In this document: positions 9,354-19,898 of the stretch, in pieces | How positions within the stretch are numbered: position 1 is the stretch's first letter | Layout of the letters: every line of letters begins with the position of its first letter | Origin: an uncultured Gemmatimonadaceae bacterium | Lineage (GTDB): Bacteria > Gemmatimonadota > Gemmatimonadetes > Gemmatimonadales > Gemmatimonadaceae | Assembly (NCBI GenBank): GCA_963822945.1 | Contig: CAWGJO010000020.1 | Coordinates: 864,001 to 928,000, forward strand | DNA: 64,000 bases | Reading direction: 5' to 3' | The notes under the pieces: model-generated | Seen by the model: only the letters and a program-made list of their open reading frames with translations | The model's database searches: none | Told to the model about the DNA's origin: nothing | Position numbers and translations under genes: made by a program

Positions 9354-10115
9354 TCAGGCGTAGCGGCCCCGCCAATCGTTCATCTTCACGCGGACGAGGT
9401 CGCCAGCCATGGTCATGCCCGCCCTGGCGAAACTCACGGTGCTCGGCTCGTTCTCATACCGGAAGTTCACGGCGGTCTGCCGCACGGACAAGCCGTGCTT
9501 CTGCGCCACATACAGCGCTTCGACGTCGAACCCGAACCGTGGAACACCGAGGCGCGGGAACACGAGCTCGGCGGCAGGCGCGGTGAATCCCTTGAGTCCG
9601 GCCTGTGTGTCGAGCACGTCCCGGAGCATCGTCCGGCGGACCATGAAATTGAACGTGCGGCTGAGGATGTGGCGGGTGTAGAGGTAGTGGAAGAATCCCG
9701 GGCTCATGGTGTAGCGCGATTCCGGGAGCACCCGGCAGGCGATGGCCACATCGGCGCCGCCATCGAGGGCGCAGAGGATCCGGTTGATCTGATCGGGCGG
9801 GAAGGCGAGATCGGCGTCGGTGAACACGCGATAGCGGCCGTGCGCAGCCAGCATGCCGCGGGCGACGCTGTAGCCCTTGCCCCGGTTCGGGTGGTTGCGC
9901 AGGAGCAACACGGCCGGCTTGTCGGCGGCAAAGTCATTCAGCGCGCGCGCCGCGGGCTCGGCGCTGCCGTCATCCACCAGGATCAGCTCCGACGTGTACG
10001 GCTGGGCGACGAGAAACCTCTCGATCTCGGCGAGATTCGATCGCAGGCGCCGTGCGCCGTTGTAGACGGGGATGACGAGTGAGAGGTGGGGCGTCGGTGC
10101 CCCGGAGCCGTTCAT
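9354..10115 (-). CDS. GT2 polyprenol-phosphate glycosyltransferase (Alg5/DPM1-like)
   Basis: SLVIPVYN, LVDDGS, NRGKGYSV, FTDADL, DTQAGLKGF, FGFDVEAL. Confidence 0.92.
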   Translation of the reverse strand: MNGSGAPTPHLSLVIPVYNGARRLRSNLAEIERFLVAQPYTSELILVDDGSAEPAARALNDFAADKPAVLLLRNHPNRGKGYSVARGMLAAHGRYRVFTDADLAFPPDQINRILCALDGGADVAIACRVLPESRYTMSPGFFHYLYTRHILSRTFNFMVRRTMLRDVLDTQAGLKGFTAPAAELVFPRLGVPRFGFDVEALYVAQKHGLSVRQTAVNFRYENEPSTVSFARAGMTMAGDLVRVKMNDWRGRYA

Positions 10116-10279
10116 GGTTACGAAAGATTAGTGCACCATTTCCGGCGGGGGAGCGGGAGACTCACAAAGATCGTTGCCTATCCCCCGGCGTCCGGCGCCG
10201 GTAGATTAGCCACGCCAACCCACCCGACACGACCGACGGCCGCACGTACCGTCGCGAACGGACACCGAGCGGTTCGCCC

Positions 10280-11794
10280 ATGGGCGTCGTGATTCACCGC
10301 AAAGCACCGAAGGTCCCGGAACGACCTCGCCCTGAGCTGCCGAGGCCGACGCCGATCGCGCTGCAGCAGACGGCAGCCGCGGCGGTGCGCCGGCACATGC
10401 TCCGCGACATCCGGCGCGTGGCGACGCTGGCGGTGGCCGACGTGGCGACGCTCGCCGCGCTGAGAGCGCTGCTCCGGGCGGCGCGCGACGGGGGGGCGTT
10501 CGGCGCCTGGGTGGCCGGCGCGCTGGGCTACCTCGTTCCGAGCGGCACGCTGCCGACGGCGCAGTTCTTCCTGGCCATCCTGCTGGCGCTGACGGTGCTC
10601 GGGACCTACGGAGCCGGCGACCGGCGGCGCGCGGGAGGCCGGATCGTGCTCGCGTCGTTCATCGCGGTGGCGCCGATCTTCTGGAATACGCTCTGGACCG
10701 CGTTCGCCTGGCCGGTGCTCGGCGCGTACTTCCTCTGCTCCGGCGTGGCGGCGGCGGCGTTCGTGGCCGAGCGGTGGGGGGTGGACTGGGGCGTGCGGCT
10801 GGTGCGGCGCTCCACCGGCAATCGCCAGCGGACGCTGGTGGTCGGGCCCGCTGAAGCGGCCCGGCGCACGGCCAGGTACGGCACCGTGAATCGCGATCTG
10901 GGGTTGTCCGTGGTGGGGTTCATCGACCTGAACGACCAGCCGGCGCCCGACGCCATCGGGGGCCTCGGCCAGTTCGCCGAGGCCATCCACCGGAACCGCA
11001 TCGAGACGATCATCATCAATGGGGAACTGGAGCCCGACCGGTTCCGGGCGGTGTTGGAGATCGGCCGCAGCGCCGGCTGCCGCATCCTGTCGGTGCCGAG
11101 GAGCACCTCGGCGGGAATGGTGGTGCCCGAGGTGGTGTCGTACGGCGGGGTGCCCCTCATCCAGCTCACCAACCCGGGACTCACGGGACAGCAGCTCGCG
11201 CTCAAGCGGGTGGTGGACGTTCTGGTGGCTGTGCTCGGTCTCCTGCTCTTCTTCCCGGTGTTCCTGATGATCGGGGCGCTGATCAAGCTCGAGTCGCCGG
11301 GCCCGGTGCTCTTTCGCCAGATGCGCGTGGGGTTCAACGGGCGCGAGTTCCGCATCTTCAAGTTCCGCAGCATGGTGATCAACGCCGAAGCCCAGAAGGC
11401 CGATCTGTTCGATCTGTCGGCGTACCGCGACCGGCGGCTGTTCAAGGTGAAGGACGACCCCCGGGTGACGCGACTGGGCCGGTTCCTGCGGAAGTCGAGC
11501 CTGGACGAACTGCCGCAGCTCATCAACGTGCTGCGGGGAGAGATGTCGCTGGTGGGGCCGCGGCCCCCGCTGCCGCAGGAGGTGGCGCTGTACGAGGAGC
11601 ATCACTACGCGCGGTTCGCCATGAAGCCGGGGATCACCGGCCCGTGGCAGGTGGGCGGGCGGAACCGGATCACCGAATTCGACGAGGTGTTGCTGGTGGA
11701 GCAGGGCTACATGCGGGAGTGGAACATCTTCAAGGACGTCGCGATTCTGTTCCGCACCATTCCCGCCGTGCTGCGGGTGGACGAGGCCTACTGA
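10280..11794 (+). CDS. Priming polyprenyl-phosphate glycosyl-1-phosphate transferase (WcaJ/WbaP-like)
   Basis: N-terminal TM helices, KRVVDV, FKFRSM, DDPRVTRLGRFLRKSSLDELPQLINVLRGEMSLVGPRP, KPGITGPWQV. Confidence 0.95.
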   Translation: MGVVIHRKAPKVPERPRPELPRPTPIALQQTAAAAVRRHMLRDIRRVATLAVADVATLAALRALLRAARDGGAFGAWVAGALGYLVPSGTLPTAQFFLAILLALTVLGTYGAGDRRRAGGRIVLASFIAVAPIFWNTLWTAFAWPVLGAYFLCSGVAAAAFVAERWGVDWGVRLVRRSTGNRQRTLVVGPAEAARRTARYGTVNRDLGLSVVGFIDLNDQPAPDAIGGLGQFAEAIHRNRIETIIINGELEPDRFRAVLEIGRSAGCRILSVPRSTSAGMVVPEVVSYGGVPLIQLTNPGLTGQQLALKRVVDVLVAVLGLLLFFPVFLMIGALIKLESPGPVLFRQMRVGFNGREFRIFKFRSMVINAEAQKADLFDLSAYRDRRLFKVKDDPRVTRLGRFLRKSSLDELPQLINVLRGEMSLVGPRPPLPQEVALYEEHHYARFAMKPGITGPWQVGGRNRITEFDEVLLVEQGYMREWNIFKDVAILFRTIPAVLRVDEAY

Positions 11795-11800
11795 GCGGAC

Positions 11801-12568
11801 TCAGCGCCGCACCGGATTCGGGCCGAAGCGCAGGACCAGCGGCACCAGGCGCAGGGCGCGGAGATATCGGGGCACGAACCGGCGGGGCGACCAGAGGCAG
11901 CGGAGAAGCCAGCCGAGCATGAGCCGGTCGGCCCATACCGGGATGGCGGCCTGCTGGCCGGTGACGAAGGCGAGGGCGGCGCCGGTGCAGACGATGGCCG
12001 GCCGGTGGTCCAGCGAGTCGCGGAGCGCGAGGCCCAGCCGCTCCTGTACGCCGCCGGCGATGCAGAGGACCACGAACCGGGGCCGCCGCCGCCGGATGGC
12101 GGCCACCAGCGCAGGGTCCGAGACTGCCCCCGCATCGTAGCGTGGGGCCACGTAGGTATCGTCGGGGCCGGTGGGAACGTCGTGCGCGTTCAGCCACGCG
12201 AGATTCGCCGCGGCTTCGTGCTCCGACGGCATGACCCAGAACACGGCGTGCGGCCGGCGGAAATCGTCCGCGGCGAGAAGGGCGCGGATGAATTGCAGTC
12301 CGGAAATGCGGTTGATACGTTCGCCGGAGCGCAGGCGCCAGAGCAGCACCATGGCGCCGCTGTCGGTGAGGGCGACGTCGCTCTGTTCGAGTGCCCGGCG
12401 GTAGGCGTCGTCGCGATCGAGCTGCGCCAACCCCGGCCCGGAGGGCACGACGAACAGCCCGCCCCCGGCGGTGAGCGCGAGCAGCCGTTCGACCGATCCG
12501 ACGAAGAATCGGATGCCGAGGATGCGCGTGAAGTCCGGGTTGGTGGTGGGCGGCCGTTCGGTGGGCAT
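11801..12568 (-). CDS. WecB/TagA/CpsF-family (GT26) glycosyltransferase
   Basis: C-terminal 255 aa of ORF 11801..14017: [49 protein letters not shown]. Confidence 0.8.
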   Translation of the reverse strand: MPTERPPTTNPDFTRILGIRFFVGSVERLLALTAGGGLFVVPSGPGLAQLDRDDAYRRALEQSDVALTDSGAMVLLWRLRSGERINRISGLQFIRALLAADDFRRPHAVFWVMPSEHEAAANLAWLNAHDVPTGPDDTYVAPRYDAGAVSDPALVAAIRRRRPRFVVLCIAGGVQERLGLALRDSLDHRPAIVCTGAALAFVTGQQAAIPVWADRLMLGWLLRCLWSPRRFVPRYLRALRLVPLVLRFGPNPVRR

Positions 12569-12604
12569 GTCGCGGGGAATGAGAACTCGGAGCAGATTCC
12601 GCTG

Positions 12605-13559
12605 ATGGAAAAGAACGCGAAAATCTACGTCGCCGGCCACCTCGGGCTGGTCGGCTCGGCGCTGGTGCGGCGATTGGCCGCCCAGGGGTTCGACAATCTG
12701 GTGGTCCGGTCGCGGAAGGAACTGGACCTGTTGGATGCGGGGGCGGTGACCGCGTTCTTCGAGCGGGAGCGTCCCGAATACGTGTTTCTGGCGGCGGCCA
12801 GGGTGGGCGGGATCATGGCCAACAGCCAGTATCCGGCCGACTTCATCCGGGAGAACCTCGGCGTGCAGTTGAACGCCATCGACGCCGCGTACCGCAACGG
12901 CGTGAAGAAGCTGCTGTTCCTGGGGAGTTCGTGCATCTACCCCCGGATGGCGCCGCAGCCGATCCGCGAGGAGTACCTGTTGACGGGAGAGCTGGAGCCG
13001 ACCAACGAGCCGTATGCGGTGGCCAAGATCGCGGGCATCAAGCTGTGCCAGAGTTACAACCGGCAGTACGGCACGAACTTCGTGAGCGTGATGCCGACCA
13101 ACCTGTACGGCCCGGGCGACAACTTCGACCTGTCCACCAGCCACGTGCTGCCGGCGCTGCTGCGCAGGTTCCACGATGCCAAGGTGCAGGGGAAGGCCGA
13201 GGTGGTGGTGTGGGGATCGGGGCGGCCGCGGCGCGAGTTCCTGTACGTGGACGACATGGCCGATGCGTGCATCTTCGTGATGCAGCGGCACGACGGGTCG
13301 GAGATCGTGAACATCGGGTGCGGGGAGGACATCCCGATCGGCGAACTGGCGCAGTTGATCGCGGAGGTGGTGGGGTACCGGGGGAAGCTCGTGTTCGACG
13401 CCTCGAAGCCCGACGGCACGCCGCGCAAGCTGCTCGAGGTGAGCCGGCTCCGGGGGCTCGGCTGGGCGCCGACGCTCGAGTTGGCGGAAGGCATCCGGAG
13501 AACGTACGCCTGGTTCCTGGAGCACCAGGCGGACGGATGCGGCAGGCGCTACGGGGTAG
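12605..13559 (+). CDS. fcl: GDP-L-fucose synthase (3' end uncertain)
   Basis: [67 protein letters not shown]. The frame stays open to 13708; removing one G near 13535 would give a stop at 13557-13559. Confidence 0.93.
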
Positions 13560-14290
13560 TGCGTTCGAAGAGGAAGTCCGCCTGGACCGGCGCGTCGCCG
13601 TCGCGTGCGCGTGCCGTGTTGTACTCCCCACGCAGCACGAAGCCCCGATCGCTCAGCCATGCGACGACGTCGGCGGCGAGGGCCTGCCCCTGGTACAGCT
13701 CCAGGTAGGAACATTCGACGTAGACCCATCGGAACAGCGGCAGGCGGTCTTCGCAGGCCGTGAGCGCCGGCAGCTCGAAGCCCTGGACGTCGAGCTTGAG
13801 CAGGGCGGGTGGCTGGACGGCTTCGGTTGGGAGGTACGCCGAGAGCGGTCCGACGGCGACCGTCGTGGTGCCGACTTCGTCCGTGCCGGGGAAGACCTCG
13901 TTCTGCGCGGCGGCAATCGGGAGGAGCGACGAGGAGTCGTCCCTTCGGGAAATGTGGATGGTGGTGGTGCCCGTCGTCGGGGCCGACGGCGGTTTCGTGG
14001 AGCGCGGCGCGCTGCATCCGTCGCGAAGACGGATCGATACACCGCCGCCGGGTCCGGCAGGGGTTCGAAGGAGAAGATGCGCGCGCGGGGGAAGCAGTAG
14101 CGGGCGGCGAGGGCGAACTGGCCGCGGTTGGCGCCGATATCGACGACTGTGCGGACGGGCGCGAGCTGTCGGAGCACCGGCAGGTGTTCGGCGCCCATCG
14201 CGGTGCGATCGCGAAAGAAGGCGCGTCGCAGCGATGACGAAGTGAGAATGCGGGCGAACTTGCGCGCCCTGCGGATCAGGTTGGCGATGG
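13549..14290 (-). CDS. FkbM-family methyltransferase (several frameshifts; start approximate)
   Basis: [27 protein letters not shown] in a shifted frame, and C-terminus [11 protein letters not shown] ending at 13549. Confidence 0.85.
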
Positions 14291-15489
14291 CTTCGTCCCC
14301 GGGTGAGCGACGCGGTGCCGCTCGATCACCGCTTCGTATTCGCGGGTGAGTGCTTCGACGACCAGCGGCCACGTGTACCGCTGCTGGACCAGGCGACGGC
14401 CTGCCTGGCCCATGGTACGGCGCCGTTCGACATCGCCGAGGAGCGTGTGGAGCGCGTTGGCGACCTCTGCAGCATCGCAGCGCGTCACGACGCCGGCGCC
14501 GGCGTGCGCCACTTCGGCGTGGATGTTCACCTGGTCGGAGATAACGACCGGCAGTCCACAGGCCATGGCCTCGGCCACCGTCATGCCGAAGTTCTCGGTA
14601 TAAGAAGGAAGGGCGAAGACGTCGGCGTCGACGTAGGCCTGGACGACGTCGTCTCCGGTGAGCATGCCGACGAAGTGGACGGCCTGGTCGAGTCCACGTT
14701 CACGCACCCAGCCGCGGACCTTCGCGCCGTAGTCGTCGTTCTCGGGGCCGGCGATGACGAGCTGCGCGTCCGGCAGTTCACGGCGGAGGGCATCGAATGC
14801 CGGGATGAGAAGGTCGAGTCCCTTCTTGAAGTGAAGGCGGCCGAGGAAGAGCACCACGGGTTCGTCGTGCAGGCCCCACCGTGTGCGGAGCGCGCCGCGC
14901 GGCGGGAGCGTGCGGTAGCGCTCCCAGTCGATGCCGTTCGGAACCACGAATGACGGTGCGCGCAGGTTCAATGGGGCGGCGCGCTCGCGCTCTTCTTCGG
15001 CGGTGTAGTGGATTGCGCCGGCGGCGTTGCAGGTTGGGAAAGTCGAACCAGCGTTCGTAGATGCGTTTGAGCAGGAGGCTGCGGGAGCTTCGCGTGTACA
15101 GGTAGGGATCGAGCGCGCCGTGGGGCTGGATGACGATAGGGCACCGCAGCAGTCGAGCTCTGATGGCAGCGTACGTGACGGGAAAGCGGTACAGGCCGTG
15201 GACGTGAACGATGTCAAACCGCCGATGCGTCCGGTCGATGTACGATGCGGAGTTGATGGGAGAAGAGCAGCGGCCTGAATTGGGTCGGGAAGTAATGGAA
15301 GCGGCACCACCAACGTCGATGCGGTCGATCGGTCGGCACATCGAGCGTGCCCGTAGGGACCTCGATGTTCGTCGTCGCGACTTCGACGTCGAACCCGACC
15401 GCAACCTGCGCAGCGACCAAATCGAGCAGCACTGCCTGAGGGCCACCGAGTCTGCGCGACATGGCCTGGATAGCATGCAGTATTCGCAC
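14276..15489 (-). CDS. GT4 (GT-B) glycosyltransferase (frameshifts)
   Basis: MRILHAI..GGP, DIVHVHG, QPHGALDPY, VPNGID, FLGRLHFKKGLDLL, ENFGMTVAEAMACGLPVV. Confidence 0.9.
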
Positions 15490-15495
15490 GGCCGC

Positions 15496-16611
15496 TCAGC
15501 CTTGGTTTGCGCAGTTAACAGCCATGTGCTTTGGGTTGCTCGCCAGTCCGCACATTGGGACCCAAGGCGCTCGCGACCTCACGCACGACACTCTCCACGT
15601 GAATGGAATCAATGCACATCTTGCTGTAGCGGGAGCAGACATCTAGGCGGCAGCCTTGGCAAGGTACGTCGGCGTATAGCACACGATGAAGGCGTCGTGC
15701 AGGAACCATTCGCCAGGCAAGTTTCTGGAACTGAAGATCGCGATGCATGTGGTACCAACGGCTGCCGCCAAGTGCATGGGGCCGCTGTCGTGCCCGACAA
15801 AGAGTCGGGCAGATTCAAAAACTGTGCCGACTCGCGCACGGACAAGGAACCGCACAGGTTCAATTTCGGCCCCGGCCAAGACGAGAGTAGACGCTCGGAT
15901 CGTTCATGTTCTATGGCCGCTCCAACTGCAACCAGGGACCAGCCTGAGAGTTGCGTTTGTATGCGGCGGAGGAATTCCGACCAGTTCGAATCTCCCCAGT
16001 CGTTGACATCGTATTTCGTACCGATGCTGATGGCGAGACTCTGCCCAGGGCTAGAAAGGGACCTAGAGCCGTCCTGCCAGCCTCTCGCTCACGCTCGCCT
16101 AGGCGCAGGTCGAAGGCGCTCAGCGTGGCGAGAGTCCATTTGGCCAATTGAGTGGAGACATCGCAACAGCCGGGCGCCCTCGAACTTCAAAAGTCCCGTC
16201 GGGAAGTCGCAAGCGGCGCTGAAGGTTGCGTGCGTATGGTACGCCGGTCAGCCGACGAACGCCGCAGAAGCGAAAGAAGGCGGCATCGCGAAGGGTATTA
16301 GTCGACCACGGGGCTCGGCAAGGTAGACCAACAGATCAGGCCGGAATGCACGGATCGCGCGTCGCAACTGCATGAGTACTGCGAGGGGCTCGTATACCGA
16401 CCGGGTACTGGATGTATCCGTGTACGAGGCCGGAGCCCGCGAGGATCTGTGAAGCCGACGCCATCCTCGCACCCGTGGGTACCTGGGTGAGGAGTCTCCG
16501 CTCAGCACGGGGATAGGTTCTTGCGACAAGGTGGAGGGCTGGCAACGCGGCGATCGTATCACCGATCGATCCAAGTCGGAAGATGAGAACCCGCTCCACT
16601 GCCGGCGTCAT
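15496..16611 (-). CDS. GT9-family (heptosyltransferase-like) glycosyltransferase (many frameshifts)
   Basis: RVLIFRLGSIGDTIAALPAL at the N-terminus and LFVGHDSGPMHLAAAVGT near the C-terminus. ATGA coupling with the upstream gene at 16608-16611. Confidence 0.82.
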
Positions 16612-18113
16612 AGCCGGCCAGTCTTCCCGCTGTGAACCGAAGGAGGTAGGACGGGCACCAGATGGTCCCTGAATAGCCGAAAACGAGGGCCGCGCCCGAG
16701 TAGCCAGAAGGTGAGGAAGAACACTGGCAACGCACGAATGACCAACCCGACGTACTGAGCCATATCGCCTTGGCTTGCGTAGACTATCACGAACTCGCAT
16801 AGGACGAAGACGCCGAAGACATTCTGATAGAGTTGCCAGGCGAACTTCTTGAGCGCAATGAACACCGCGAGGAATGCGAAGAACGGGATCACGGCAACGC
16901 CGAGGAATCCATAGGCTGCAAACGCCTGCCCCGCGAGTGGCAGTGTAGGGTACTTCCCCCCTGCGGGGTCGACGAGACCGAAGTGCACCAAGATCGAGTA
17001 CGCATCGCTGAAGTTCGGCTTGTTCGGATAGAACATGCTCGGCACTTGACGAAAGAATGCAGGCCAAATGGCAGCGCTGCCCATCGGACCCTGAATTCTG
17101 GTCTGTGCGATCACGGGGTCGATCTGTTGCACAGATGCATAACGGCCCAGCAGCATCTGTCCGCGGCCCACTCCGCCAAAGTAGTTGTAATAGCCTCCGC
17201 GAAAGTCCAGCCTCGCCAACGTCTCATACCGCTGGAAGCCGGCTCCGTTCATCAAATCAGCGAGGTTCCGTTGCATGAGCGTGACGCGCTCTGCCGTTGG
17301 CATCCTCTGAATCCCGAGATGCCGCCACGCCTGGATCAAGGGGGTAACCACGGTGACAAAGACCGCGACACCAGCTACGAGTACAACCAGATGACGGGTC
17401 GGTAGGCCGCGCCGGAAGAACAGAATTGTGGCAAAATAGCTCACCACAGGATAGGCGGCATATGTCTTCGAGTTCGTCAGGAGCCCTAGTGCTACACTCA
17501 CGCTGAGAATTAGGACAAGCCGCGAGTCGATGGATCGTCGGAAGTAGGTGCGTTTGAGGATCAAGGCTGTTTGCGCGATCACCGCCATGAGAAGCAGATC
17601 GCGGAACACTGCAAAACCGCCGAAGCCAGATCCACCAGGATCCTGAAAGTGCTGATTGAGAAACCAGAATCCCACGCCGAAGATGAAGCTACCCCATGAC
17701 AACCAGGCCAGTGCGCGAGCGTCAGTTACGCGTGCGAGCGCCGGATGGCCGACGTCCAAGTGTGCTACAAGGAGCAGGGCCGCAAGAAGCTCGGTCGTGG
17801 TTGCGGCCAGAACGGCAAAAGACAGCACAGGCGCGTAGAGATGGCTGTCCAGCGGCTGTCCCATTAAGGTCTTCGCAACCAAAGGGACCAGAACATTGCC
17901 CGCCATGTAGATCAGGGCGAACCAGGCGCCGATCGTGTATGCGCCCTGGATGACGAAAGCAAACAATCCGGCACCAACAGCAATCATCGCGAAGAGAATC
18001 ACCACGACTGAAGCGCCGAGATAGAATTGTACGACCGCGGCTGACAAAGCAAGGAGGCCAAGCGCAAGCCCAACTGGTCTAGCGGCGAGGACAGGAGGTT
18101 TCCCGGCACTCAC
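16608..18113 (-). CDS. Polytopic membrane protein, probable Wzy polymerase
   Basis: 501 aa with many hydrophobic segments and a large late loop, located among glycosyltransferases downstream of wzx/wzc. Confidence 0.65.
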   Translation of the reverse strand: MSAGKPPVLAARPVGLALGLLALSAAVVQFYLGASVVVILFAMIAVGAGLFAFVIQGAYTIGAWFALIYMAGNVLVPLVAKTLMGQPLDSHLYAPVLSFAVLAATTTELLAALLLVAHLDVGHPALARVTDARALAWLSWGSFIFGVGFWFLNQHFQDPGGSGFGGFAVFRDLLLMAVIAQTALILKRTYFRRSIDSRLVLILSVSVALGLLTNSKTYAAYPVVSYFATILFFRRGLPTRHLVVLVAGVAVFVTVVTPLIQAWRHLGIQRMPTAERVTLMQRNLADLMNGAGFQRYETLARLDFRGGYYNYFGGVGRGQMLLGRYASVQQIDPVIAQTRIQGPMGSAAIWPAFFRQVPSMFYPNKPNFSDAYSILVHFGLVDPAGGKYPTLPLAGQAFAAYGFLGVAVIPFFAFLAVFIALKKFAWQLYQNVFGVFVLCEFVIVYASQGDMAQYVGLVIRALPVFFLTFWLLGRGPRFRLFRDHLVPVLPPSVHSGKTGRL

Positions 18114-19143
18114 AGTGAAACCTTGGCGTAAGAGAGGGCCGTATCGACAAGCGAAGCCAGAACCACTTCGTTGTAGTTGCCGTTACGAAGTACTCGTGCG
18201 TGTCCGCCCGCAGCTATCCGGAGTCGGCGGGGTTCGTCGGCCAGCAATTCAAGGCAAACAGCTGCGCACTCGTCGACATCGGACCAGAATATTGCTTCGT
18301 CTCCCTCGTGGTATAGGTAGGCGTGTTCGCTCGTGCGCAGCGCACACAGCAATCCACCCAATGCGGGGATTTCTAGACTCCGCGTGGTGTGGAGATCACC
18401 AACCCGTGTGCTCACAAGTCCGAGGCACACCTTAGCTGACTGAATCGCGGCAGCATACGCGTCATCGTCAAGGAGCGCAGGCCCGCGCCAATAGGGTCGC
18501 AGGGTTTTCCATTGAGGCGCCTTGGGCCAACGATCCCCCCAGATCGACAGCGGAACACCACGCTCTACAAGGCCCTCCAATAGTGGGCCGCGCTCTGGCA
18601 TCCAGGTACCCACAAATGCCACCTCGCTTGCGTACGCCCGGTATTGCTGATCTGTAAGGCTACGCGGACGGTGCGCGACTTCATCGGCGCTCCTCCAAAC
18701 GCGAACAACGTGCCGGGCCCCGGCATCATGTGCTTCTCCGATATTCGACGTCCGGACCACGGCCAATAGGTCAACGTCAGGCAGAGCTCGGCGATACCGG
18801 CTGAACCGTCGGTAGTGGAGGTGGCTGAAAGGATTATCAATCGTGTAGTTGACGACCGGTCTTTGCAGGCGGCGTAGTTGCCGCACCAAGCCCCGGCCAA
18901 GAAACGGTCCTTGATCAATCCAGATCAAGTCGGGTTTGGCGTCTGAGACTTGTCGGAAAATGCCGTTGTCGATGACCAGGCCAACTCCAACTCCCCCTGC
19001 GTGCCACAACCATCTCTCAACCCATCGCGAGCGCGGAAGCCACGACCATGGGTCGACGATCGTCACCTATGGCCGAGTCGCTCGAGCGCACGAGCCCGGT
19101 GCAACGATGTGCCGTATGCCGGACCAACATACGAGATGCGCAT
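18110..19143 (-). CDS. Glycosyltransferase, CgeB/Glyco_trans_1_2-like (frameshift near 19067)
   Basis: MRISYVGPAYGTSLHRARALERLGH, VAFVGTWMPERG, HTTRSLEIPALGGLL. Confidence 0.82.
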
Positions 19144-19148
19144 GATGG

Positions 19149-19898
19149 CTATACCCGACGGGTAACGCCTAGGAGGTTCTGGGTGTATACAGCTGCAGGA
19201 TCCCAGCAACCGGTTTCGACCGCCACATAGAACATCAGCGCGCGGCGAATCAGCCACCATGCGGCCGCCCGGAATGCGCTAACCGGGCCGTGCACCACGG
19301 GGGCGTCCTCAAAGCACACGGTTGCTGAAAATCCGCCTGCCCGCAACACCTGAGAAAGCGCGACACGAGTGAACGCCATTTCATGCGTGAAATCCCAATA
19401 CCGCATGCGTGAACCAAACGGCCCCTCCGCATTGGGCACATGCACGATCCAGAGTCCCCCGGCCGCAATACACGATGCACCTGATCCACCAGCGGCAGTA
19501 GCTCCTCTTTCGCAAAATGCTCGATCAGATCGAACGCCACCACGACGTCCAGTGATGCGTGCCCGTGCCGGCGAGGGTCTCCATGACATCGCCTTCGGAC
19601 ACCCCCTCAATTCCCAGCCGCCCGGCCGCCGCAACCTGTTCGGGCGAGGCATCAACGCCCGTGGCGTTTACGATACCCCGCCGCCTGGAGCACATACAAG
19701 AGCGCGCCATGCCCGCAGCCGAGGTCGAGAATTCTCGCACTGCGATCAGCCGGAAAATGCCGCCGCACCAACGCACGGCAAGTACGGAAGCCGCGGACGC
19801 AGCCCACCGACGGTCTCGGGCGCCAACGGCTGCTCCCGTCCCGTCACGTAGGCGCCATAGATCCGGCGGCGATACTCTGCGCGTGGGTCAGTGGTCAC
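19149..19898 (-). CDS. Class I SAM-dependent methyltransferase (frameshifts)
   Basis: LDLGCGHG, GVDASPEQV, VAFDLIEH, VLRPG and VPNAEGPFGSRMRYWDFTHE, assembled across frames. Confidence 0.82.

Noticed and set aside
12569..13560. Recombinase-driven invertible segment around fcl
   Set aside because: No inverted repeats found at the two junctions and no recombinase gene in the window.
11801..14017. 738-aa minus-strand ORF
   Set aside because: Only the last 255 aa are a GT26 protein. The rest is antisense to fcl or out of frame with the FkbM gene.
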